Shown: positions 52,730-64,000 of the stretch, in pieces
Layout: every line of letters begins with the position of its first letter
How positions within the stretch are numbered: position 1 is the first letter of the stretch
Assembly (NCBI RefSeq): GCF_009914755.1
Contig: NC_060926.1
Reading direction: 5' to 3' (one strand)
Length of the DNA stretch: 64,000 nt
Origin: the human T2T-CHM13v2.0 reference genome, Homo sapiens
Notes under the pieces: model-generated
What the model was told of the DNA's origin: nothing
The model's database searches: none
What the model saw: only the letters and a program-made list of their open reading frames with translations
Position numbers and translations under genes: made by a program

Positions 52730-55700
52730 GAGATGAAGGGGTATTATGGATTAAAGGGACAGCCACCTTCTTACCTGGAAAAGGACATCTCTGATGATCT
52801 GTTTAAAATTTGGCATCTCCTTTGTATACCAGTCTTTCAGTACATGAGTGAATATTTGGCCCCAAGTGTTAGCTATCTGTGGATATACGAAGGAAGTATA
52901 GGCTCTGGCCCCAGAAGCCTAGGTACCAGAACCCAGGTGATGTCAACTTCATTGAGGCAATGCCCCCAGAGAGGTGGCCTGCCTTCTCCTCCTCATGTCC
53001 CCTCTGCCACACAAAGGGCCACCTCCTCTCTTGCAAACTTTATCAGAGATTGCATTGTAATAGAAACAATGTTCCTAGTGACTTTGTAAGAAGCAGCAGC
53101 ATTAAGAAGCATCCTGATATCCTATTTCCTATTTCCAAGAAGTTGAATTTACCCCCTGCCTACTCTTTCTTACACTTTCTGTTCCATCTTAATGGTTTTG
53201 ACCTTCTGTTCACCCTGTTTCAAACTGTTAAAAAGTGCCAGATGCTAGATTGTTGACTTTGGGCATATCTCTTAGCTTCTCTGAATGCCATGTGCCCATC
53301 TGCAAATAGAGGAACTAATCTCTATCTCACAGGGTCACTTGGAGAGTTAAATTAGATAACAAATATGAGAATGTCCATCACTGCAGTGTCTGGCCTGTAG
53401 TGCTCTGTGCACACACCATGGTCCTGGAGGGCAGCAGGTGAATTATGCAGCGTCCATGGTCCTTGAACAGAAGCCCCCATAGAGAGATGCTCAAGGATTA
53501 TTCATTCAATAGGTTGTTTATTCTGCACATGTGGTCTGGGACCCACTGGAACAGGATTGAACTGACACCCTGCATGACTGTGAAGAAGAAAATCTAGGGA
53601 AACCCAGGCATGAGTGCTTTTGTAAATAAATGTAGCAACAGATGGGTGGAGTTAGATATTTTGTCAACATAGAAATCACTTTCCCAAAGTGAGTTTCCCC
53701 ATCTAAGGATAGCACTCTTAATTTCTACAATTAAAAATACCTGCCATATGTTAAAGTCTCTTTTGTAGCAGCTTTTAAGTGAAACTATACATTCTCCAGA
53801 ATTGTTTGGTATGTTAAGGCAATTGGAATTCAACAAGTCAGGAGAACTGGATTGTGGTTCACCCTGCCCTGGCTCTCAGCAAGGTGCTCTGACAGAGCAC
53901 TCTCCACTCCAGACCTTATTTTCTTGTGTACAAGTGCACAACTAGATGATTTTTAACACCCTCTGTGTAGTCAATGTCTGACTAAAATATACTGCATTGC
54001 ATAAAGATGAGACTGAAGAAGAGAGTAACTTTCAGAGAAAGATCCTGTGCATGTCACTGTTGCAGTGGAGTATGAGGGTGTGTATGTGGGAGTTAGGCAG
54101 TATGTGTGTGTTCGGGGGAGGCAGGGTTCAGAAGGGTACGCAGTTTGGGTGCAGCCTTCCTAGAATCACCCAGACAGTGACTTAGCACCATGTTCTCCAA
54201 CTTTGGAGTTAGAGAGGGCAGTGAACTCCCAATGAATATAGCTCAGATGCCTTGTCAGTGACCATGCGATGCCATGACCTTCAGAGCCAGGCAGACCTGG
54301 ATTCAGATCACAGCTTAGCCGTTTATTTCCTTTGTGAACTTTAGAAATTTATCTAATCTCTCTGAGTCTCCGTGAACTCATCTTAAACATGGGCATCATA
54401 TACTGCATACTTTCCAAGGTTTGTATGATGATAATGAGTTTTGAATGATGGCTCATGTCACATGACAGGCCCTCAACAAATGCTAATGATGACAAATTCA
54501 GTGCTGTGTCCACCCCTTCTCCCCCTCTGCTGCCTGCTCTGTAGTCTGGGTGCTCACTGCCTCTTACCTGGATCATAGCATTAACCTCCTAGTTCCCCCC
54601 CAATGCCAAGCTCCCTCCTACCCCAACTGCTTCTCTATAGCAGTCTCCCAAAGTGTGTTTTTATCCTTAAAACTTTTCACTAGTTTTCCACTGCTTAAAA
54701 AATAAAGCCAAAACCTAATAATATGGCAAAATCCTTTTAAAATCTTTTAGCCCTCATGCCGCCTTCATACTAACCCTATTTTAGCCTTCCTAGGCTGCCC
54801 ATATTTCCCCACGGAAGCCAAGCTCTCTCACTTCCCAGCCTTTGTTCAAAGTTCTCACCCCTGCAATGTCATCACTGTCCTTTATCACTCACAGAAATCC
54901 CATTTTTTCAATAAATAGCTTCAAGTAATTTCTTCAAGAAATATTTTCTCAAGCTAAATTGTCACTTCATTCATCCGTTCACCATTCAGTGCCACTACAC
55001 ATTTGTTGACTATCTGCTATGTCAGAAACCATGCTTGTTAATAGGAATATAGAAATTAATCACCCATCTCAGCTTTTGAGAGTGCCAAGTCTGATGCCAG
55101 ACAGGAGAATGTGGTCAGCCCATCAAATGCCACATGGTAAATACCACCATGGAAACATATACAGGTTACCTTCGTGGGGTCCAGAGGAGGGAGAAAAATC
55201 TCTGCCTGGGCTGGCAATGAACGTTGTCACTCTTTTTCCCGTAACTTGGCTCTGTGTCCCCACCCAAATCTCACCTTGAATTGTAATCCCCATAATCCCC
55301 ACATGTCAAGGGTGGGGCCAGGTGGGGGTGATTGAATTATGGGGGCTGTTTCCCCTATGTTGTTCTCGTGATAATGAGTGTGTCTCATGAGATCTGATGG
55401 CTTTATAAGCATCTGGCATTTCCCCTGCTTGCACTCATTTTCTCCGCTGCCACTCTGTGAAAAGGTGCCTTCTGCCATGATTGTAAGTTTCCTGAGGCCT
55501 CCATAACCATGCAGAACAGTGAGTCAATTAGACCTCTTTTCCTTATAAATTACCCAATCTCAGGTATTTCTTCATAGCAGTGTGAGAATGGACTAATACA
55601 GAATTGTGTAAACTGCCTTTTAGCACTGACTTGATTACTGTGATTGTTTATATGGCTGATTCCCTCATAGATATTGGAACTTCCGGAGTGTGTCCCTCTG

Positions 55701-56240
55701 AACCCTGGCCCCCCCAACATAAGGTCTGAGTGTGCTTGAGTGTGAGATGGTGCAGGATATTCTATCCTCGGTAGTCAGGGAGTCCCTTGGGGACTAAAAT
55801 GGTAACAGAACTGGCACTTGGCTTTAGCTAACCTCCAGGTCAAGATAAAAGCTGTCACATTAGCAACAATATTTAGCAAAATGGACCAATGCCAATGACA
55901 GAAACACCCTTTTCTGTTTCAAATGGCAAATCTGTTTGTTTCATCATTAAGGAAGGAGATCGACCTAAATTCCAGCTTAGTTGATTTCACGCCACACTTG
56001 GCAAGGGCGTTGATAAAGCCATCTATCTGTGCAGGTCTGGTTGGGTACCCACAGGTTTCTGACAAGTACCCAGAATGACATCTTATACAAATATCTTAGC
56101 CAGGGCCAAAGTTTCAGGAGACTCACTCCTCAAACTAACAACGCTTCCATGAAATTTCTCTGAGACTGATTAAAAACAATGACAAACAAAGTATGAAACA
56201 TTTTCAGCCATTGTCATTATATACACTATAATGTGTACAA
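52730..56240 (+). pseudogene. Channel fossil repeat 7
   Basis: DDLFKIWHLLCIP about 52793-52831; RWVELDILST 53640-53669 (S3); LATIFSKMDQ...FQMANL 55860-55934 (S6 end and C-linker); QNDILYKY...NNASMKFL*D*LKTM...IFSHCHYI about 56071-56223 (CNBD start). Confidence 0.65.
55246..55600 (+). mobile_element. THE1C-like LTR
   Basis: ttggctctgtgtccccacccaaatctc...catctggcatttcccctgc...gaatggactaataca. Confidence 0.9.
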
Positions 56241-57282
56241 TGGTTCACAATTTACAAAGCATTTCCACACACCTCTTTTTATTTGAACCTCACAAATTTT
56301 AAAAATACTATACCCATTTTACAGGAAGTGACACATAGGTCAAGTGATGGGTGCAAGGCTACACAGCTGCATAGTCCAGGCACTTTCTGCAAGCTGAACA
56401 CACTCCTTGTGCAAAAGTGAATATCAGAATACAGAGATCCCCGATTTCTTGCAACACCCAATGTCACCCAAAGCTACAGCTTCCTAACTTTTCACTATAT
56501 CTCCAAGTACAAGTTCACTTCCAGCGCTATCCCTACAAGCCATCAAGGAGAACTGGAGGTGCTGATATCCCAAGGAAATGACAGATGCCTTTAAGATCTA
56601 GAAGGCCTCACATGAAGGGGAAAACAGACTGACTTATTGTGCCCTCAGAGGCTAAAACTAGAACCTAGGAACCAGTAACAGGCAGACAAGGCTGAGCTCC
56701 ACCTAGAGAAGTCTCTTCTATGTTTACAGCCAATGACTTTGAGAAGTAGCCAGCTCAAACTTCTGAGATGCCCAGGCATCCTGTACCTGGGATTCAAGCA
56801 TCAGCTGGGCCTGGACTATGCACTCTTTTTAAATCCATTTGTCTACTGGGCTTCTGGGGTCCTTTTGTTACAACCTATTGCCTGTGGAATATAACTGCCT
56901 CTGCCTTCCTGGGCCTATCAGTCAGAGGAGGAGTCATCAAAAAAGCCTTTTCCTTATATTGCCATCTTGGTGACTCCAGGGGCAGGTGGACAGCAAGGCC
57001 ATCCTTCCATGTTCATGTTCTTTTTTTTCTCTCTCTCTCTCCCTCCCTCCCTCCCTCTCCCTCTCTCACACGTACACACACACACACGTGCACACACACA
57101 CACAAACACACACACACACCCCTCCTGTATCTCCCCCAGGTGATCAAGTGTTGGATTATATAGGTACCAACAAGCCTCATCACCCACATGTTATAAAACA
57201 GCTCACAAACTCAGTGTCATTCCTAAAAGAATATCAGCCTCTGGTCCACAAATAATTCTCCTGCTTTTTAAAACTCATATGT

Positions 57283-58164
<882 letters not shown>

Positions 58165-59787
58165 TCAATTGAACTTGTGTTTTATCAATTCTGTACCTTT
58201 TATCACAAAAATTAAATGATAATCTATTGCATGTTTATGTCAAACAAAGAAATTTATATTAACGATGGAACATTATTTGTCCCTTTACTAATTGCCTGCT
58301 GTAAATCAGGCCCTATGCCAGGAACTTTACATACATTATACCAATTCTCATCCCACAAGTTATAGGGTGCCCCACCCATTTTCCAGAGGTTCACAGAGAT
58401 TATGTTCCCTGATAACAACAGAGCTGGAATTCAACCTTAAGTCTGTCTGACTCTAAAGATGGTCTTATTCTCAATGCAATATGCTGCTGCAAACATTCCT
58501 AAGTGTATAGCCAAAAGTTAAGTTTGGATTCCAAGTTTTATATATAAAGGCCACTTTTATTTTCAGAATTGCTATTAAGAAAAAAAATAGGGTGGGGGAG
58601 GAAATATGACTAGAGAATGAGGTCCCATCACCAGGTTGTATGGTTATTTATTACAAATGCTGATTTTTTTTCTCTCTTTCCATTATTTACTTGTTCAGGG
58701 AGCTAGAAACAGGAAAGCAGCCCTAGCGATTCAGCAGTTATTTAAATAGAACAGTGTAGGGATTGTGTACTCAGTCCACCATAATTGGAAACTGTTCCTA
58801 CCGTGCACCAATATTTCAAAAGCAATACAACCCAATTCTCTGACCCATGAATCAGTTTTCCCTTCTACCAGCATGAAAGATTGGGGCCAGGGAGAACTGG
58901 GAGGAAGATTTCTTTTGGGCACAGATTTTGCAGAAGAAAGCTGACAAAGAAGAATCTCGTTAACTGAATTTTAATTAAATATTAGATTAAATTAAATGCA
59001 TGGCACTAGCTGTGCTCACATGCTAGAAAACATACTCTCTATTCTGAAAACTGAGTCACATACCTCTCCGGCCAGTTGTAACGGTCCCTGTAATTCAGTG
59101 TCTGGAAATAAACTCACTTTGCTACAATTATTTATATCCAAGCAAGATTTGTTGCTGGCAAAGTCATTGCCTTTCAAATTCATGTTAATTCTCCCCTGCT
59201 TCAAACATAATAATTTCAATTCAGGTATCCCTGGCTGCCAATCTCATCTTTGGGGAAAATGAAATTATGGGTTTTGAAACTGAGCAAACCTGACCTTACT
59301 ATATTGCACTGGATGGAATACTTTATTTTTCTAACCTCAGTTATCATGTCTGAAAACTGGTCATACATTGAATGGGCGTTGAGAGATTAAAGGAGGTGAT
59401 GTATTTAAAAGGGCCAGCAGCATCTGATACCCAGTGGCTACTCAGTAAATACTATCTCTGCTCTTTCTTTATTCTGTAATTAAAGATGCAGTGAACATTT
59501 TTGTGTCATAATCTTGTTTCTCTCAACCATATATAAATGCAAACAAATTTTCATGATATGCGTACCTATATTCCAAGTGCTTTACATTTATTATCCTGTT
59601 TACGCTACATTGTGAGGTTGTCAGCATTATCTCCATTTTACAGATGAAGAAACTAAGGCTTACCAAGGACAGGTATCTTGCCTGAAGTCAAACAGCAGGT
59701 AAACAGCAGAGCCAAGAATCAAACCCAAGTCTGTCTGTCTCTAAAGCCTATGCTTACTTATTCTTTTAAAAAATCTTCACTCCAGCA

Positions 59788-60008
59788 CAGCAGTTCTCAA
59801 ATAGTGGCAATTTCATACCCCAGGAGATATTCAACAGTCTGGAGACGTGTTTTATTTCTGCAACTGAGAGGAGAGGGGCATGTGATGTTACTGGCACCTA
59901 GTGCTTGGCCAGGGATGTTGCTGAACATGCTACAAGGCACACAGCAGCCCCCCACAACAAAAAATTATTTAGTCCAAAATGTCAATAGTGCTGCTATTGA
60001 AAATCTCT
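59788..60008 (-). mobile_element. MER20
   Basis: cagcagttctcaa..tctggagac..ccaaaatgtcaatagtgc. Confidence 0.85.
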
Positions 60009-60109
60009 CCTCTGGCATTTATCAAAATTGGTCTTGTTTTAATATAAGTGAACGTAATATCCTCATACTTCTGAATTTAGATGTTCATTCTTTATTGATG
60101 AGCAGGCAC

Positions 60110-61950
60110 CAGAAGACTGTATTTTTCTAATCCTCTGCAAGGCAGAGATTTTCCCACAGTGTGCTACATGTTCATACTGTCAGTTTCACTCATTTCCGCA
60201 GCACAGTGTCTACTGTCTCATGGTTTCCATGGTAAAAGGTCTATCTGCTGTTTGCTTAGATCATTTTTTGCTTGTTCATGCCATTTTGAAAACACTTTTA
60301 AAAATGAAACTGGCAAGGTCAAATTTAATATATTCTTCCCTCTTTTTCTCTTACTCATTTTTTCTTGAATAAAAACATACAGCATGCCTCAGAATTTAAA
60401 TGGTTCACAATATCTATAAAGAGTGCACCAGTTCTAAGGAATGCTGGAAATGATTACTTATTTTAAAAAAGTTATATCTTACTAGATATAAGGTTCTTGG
60501 GGCTCTAGTTCCCTTCCCAGCTTCATTTGACAGACAAGGACATGGAGACAAAATAAATTGTGATCTACCCAGAAATAAACAGCTAATTAACACAGGGCTA
60601 GACCAAGAGCACAGGTATGCTGACTCTTGCGCTGGTGTTTTCTTCATCACGCACTTGGGATTTTATGTTGCGAAATCCAATCAATATACACACACTGGGG
60701 TGTGCAGACTTGCGGGCATGCTCACATGCACACACGCACAGACATACATTTAACTGCATTTTGCCTTTTTGTCTTTTCAGAAGACTTCAAATAGTGATGG
60801 TTACCAATCTGTTAACTGAAAACCTAAAGTTATGATATAACTGATCTCTGCCCTACAGAGGGGCTAAGAGGGAATAGAGGCTTTAAGCCACTTAGAGTCC
60901 AAGATAAGAGATTGAGATACGCAGACTAATTACTCCAGACATCTGAAGCCCCCAGTTGGGTTTCTGGCATTGAATAAGCCTGATATAGTATGCAAAGAGT
61001 GGCATGAAGCTACTTTCTATCTCTCATCCCTAAGTACATCCCCACATTTCCTCCAAGGTTTCTTCCATGAAACATAAATAGGACAGACATATCGCCACAG
61101 GTTCAAAAGACATCAATGGCCTCCCATTTCCTAGATCAAAGCTAACATTTTCAGCGTGGGTATAAGCTGGTCTTACATCTCTAGCCTACCCTAGATATAC
61201 ACCTGCCCCTCATCTTTATGTCTAAGAGTTTCCCAGAAGGTTGACTCTCGTAGACACTGGGACAAGTTCCTCTTGACCTTCCATTCTGGCCCCTGGGTGA
61301 GTCTCACTGCTTCTTCCTCGGCAGCCAATAATGTCTACTAACATCACTGGCCTCTCTGGCACCCTCACCTGGAACAGAGGGAGGGATCATTCTCCTTAAT
61401 TTCCTCCAGCAGAACTTAGACCCCCATTTTCTTAAGAAGATATCACTGAAGATCAAGGATCTAAATAAACAAAGAAGATAATTTAGAAGCTTTTAGAAGT
61501 GGTCACTCTTAGGTCCCGAAACAAAAACAGAGCCTCAGAATTAGGCTCAACTCTCACCTAACTTCTTGTCAGGAGCCAATTATCCCTTTACTCAACACAC
61601 TTTCTCAGCATCTCCACATCTGTCAGTTTAGGCCTAACTCTTTCTCCACAGGTAGATAAGGAAATCTTCCCTCCCTACTTCTAAGAACCATTTCATTTCC
61701 TGCTCCAGGATGATCAAAAATGAAATGATCCATTCCTACTACGTATGTCTCAGCCAGAGAGATGTAATCTGACCACTGCCCCTAACTTAAATAGGAAAAT
61801 GGCACTTGCATATGTTAAAGTTTCAAAAGTTTGGATTGTCCATTCACAGCACCATGTGGCATCAGCCATAATCAATCCAGTTCCTTGTAGCTGCCTTTCC
61901 TTCAGCCTGAGAGATATGTGGCCTGACTTTCACCATACTCTAAGGGGAAA
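60110..61950 (+). pseudogene. Channel fossil repeat 8
   Basis: CLDHFLLVHAIL/FENTFKNETGKV about 60252-60320 (S2 and S2-S3 loop); VSQKVDSRR 61228-61254 (cf. HCN IQSLDSSRR); NLDPHFLKKISLKIK 61413-61457 (CNBD start); VASAIINPVPCSCLSFSLRDMWPDF 61856-61930 (CNBD end). Confidence 0.7.
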
Positions 61951-62416
61951 ACAGGCTGTCTATTCCAAAGCCTTTATTTCACATGAGGAAAATGAAGCTC
62001 AGAAAGGGCTTGTCTAAGGCACCCAGCAAGTCAACAGCAAAGCCCAGACTAGAACTCTGGTTGTCTAAATCCCAATCAAGCATTCTCCTTCTTTTCATAT
62101 GTTCCTGAAATCTCAATAATGGAAAACTTTAATTTTATATGACTATAAATACACATATTAGTAGTCAGCAACGGAACAGATATGAAAACCCCAGGAAAGC
62201 ACTGAACATATGGAAACTAAATCTGGGTCACAATATTCCTTGGGGACCCATCATTTCTTGGTCTCAAACATAATAACTTAAATGGGAAGGTAAATTTCAA
62301 TGGCAAGGGTACAATACACACTGTAATTGATCTAGAAGATGTATTTAGAAGTTGTTAATAATGCATGTAAGATGCTGAATATTATTTTTCTCATTATACA
62401 TATTTAAGAACATATC

Positions 62417-62468
62417 TTTTTTTTTATACTTTAAGTTTTAGGGTACATGTGCACAACATGCAGGTTAG
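62417..62468 (-). mobile_element. Micro L1PA 3'-end insertion
   Basis: polyT-atactttaagttttagggtacatgtgcacaacatgcaggttag; TSD gaacatatc at 62408-62416 and 62472-62480. Confidence 0.9.
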
Positions 62469-63072
62469 CTGGAACATATCGTTTTTAATAGCACAATATA
62501 TTACACTGTTATCAGCTCATATAAATGACACTACTCACCAGTTACATGAAGCCCAAAGGAAGACATATTTTCTGTGTCTGAAATGACCATAAAAGCAACA
62601 TTCTAAAATGAAAAAATAAAGTCCATTCTGAAAGACTCAAGAATTAGTCTTAATTCAAGGTGAATCTATCATCTCTTGTCACAAGAACCTGTACATAGTC
62701 CATTTATGTTACACAAAGTTAATTTTTCCATGTGACTTCCAGGGTTAGTTTCCTGCCTTGCCTTTTTAGTAGAGTTTTACTAGCAATAATCAAATTGGAA
62801 ATGTCTATCCTTTATTCTTTTCAGGTAAAGGAAGCCTTTGAACAGTTTTAGATACCATTCAGCTGCAGGTTTAAAAAAGAAACAAAAAAGAAGAATTAGC
62901 AGCTATAGTAGTGTTAATTAGCTTAATTATAAAACTTTGATTGAATGGTGTTTGGTCAATAAATTTGGAGCAAATACTACTCTGTCCTGGAAGAAACCAC
63001 CCCCAATACTATTTAGGTAGGCTCTTCAGACAAGGATGTTCACTGCTTCGAATCTAGTGATCAGAAAATAGT

Positions 63073-63463
63073 TGTCTTAGTTCGCTTTGTGGCTGCTAAA
63101 ACAGAATGCCACAGAGTGAATCATTTATAAAGAAAAGAAATTTATTTCTCTCAGTTCTGGAGGCTAGAAAGCCCAAGAGCTTGGTGCTGGTATCTAGTGA
63201 GGGCCTTCTTGCTGTGTTATCCCATGGTGGAAGGGCAACTGAGCACAAGAGACAGAGAGAACACCATGGGAGTCCCTTTAATAATGACTCACTGTCATGA
63301 AAACTAACCAACTCCCATAATATCAATATTAATACATTCATGAAAGCTTCACCTTCATGATCCAATCACCTCTTATTAAGTAAGCCCTACCTCCCAATAC
63401 TGCCACATTGGAGATTAAGTTTCTAGTACATGAAAATTTGAGAAACACATTCAAACCATAGCA
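63073..63463 (-). mobile_element. MST (B/D-like) LTR
   Basis: tgtcttagttc...cacattcaaaccatagca; TSD atagt/atggt. Confidence 0.88.
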
Positions 63464-64000
63464 ATGGTTGTACATAAATTTATATATAGAAAAACTTTTC
63501 CTGAAAAATAAGTCCCTCATTGTCAATCAGTTGAGGGAAATACAGAGGAGAGCAAAGAGCCAAACTCAGAAGTCAAACCCTTGGCTTGAAATTCTCAAAC
63601 CACCATTTACCAGCTGAATGACCTGAGACAAATTACAAATCTTTCCTGAACCTCAGTTTTTATATTCATGAATGAGAGGCAATAGGACTGTATTCTACCA
63701 CTTTTGGAAAGACTAGAACCAATATATTCCCTGTTCCCCATTGTTTGACATATAGTATCCACTGACACATCTCAGCTCAATTCTGAGGAGAAAAACAACT
63801 ACCCTATGAGCAAATGGAGTTTTTGGAGTTTTCAGTAAGGCTGTTTATAACACCTCATGTCCTTTGGTATCATGCTCCCCCAAAAAGGTTTATTTTTTTA
63901 AATCTAGAAATTAGGATCGTGTTTATAAGAGAAACTCTAAATTATTTCTTTGATTCTTTATTTTTAAGAACCTTCATTTCACTTTTTTTAATTCCTCTTC

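Noticed and set aside
55630-55710. Pore-like VYMADSLIDIGTSG as the repeat 7 pore
   Set aside because: The nucleotide sequence reads as an L2 3' end, so the match is probably coincidental.
61110-61170. KANIFSVG as the repeat 8 pore
   Set aside because: It also resembles L2 sequence (caatggcctcccatt..); not counted as evidence.

Overview
AT-rich primate (very probably human) genomic DNA with no intact, recognisable protein-coding gene. It is dense in transposable elements: Alu, L1PA/L1MA/L1M, L2, MIR, solo LTRs (MER11, MLT2A2, THE1, MST, MLT1, MER4-group) and DNA transposons (MER20, MER58, MER81). The main result comes from manual translation of the repeat-free islands. On the + strand from about 13.1 to 62 kb they give stop- and frameshift-ridden fragments of a cyclic-nucleotide-binding-domain (CNBD) ion channel of the CNG/HCN/KCNH superfamily. 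The order S1-S6/pore, C-linker, CNBD appears to recur about eight times. This is best read as an ancient unitary pseudogene of a concatenated CNGK-like channel: either one 8-repeat gene or two tandem 4-repeat genes. Known CNGK channels of sea-urchin and zebrafish sperm have four repeats. Several exons between repeats keep phase-compatible splice sites, and one is split by a MER11 LTR. All homology calls are by-eye motif matches from memory and need tBLASTn/HMM confirmation. Also present: a candidate spliced, LTR-derived de novo ORF (8780-8911 joined to 11690-11986, 142 aa), two twin-primed L1 insertions (one only about 57 bp), templated local duplications, a palindromic 27-bp minisatellite and candidate enhancers.
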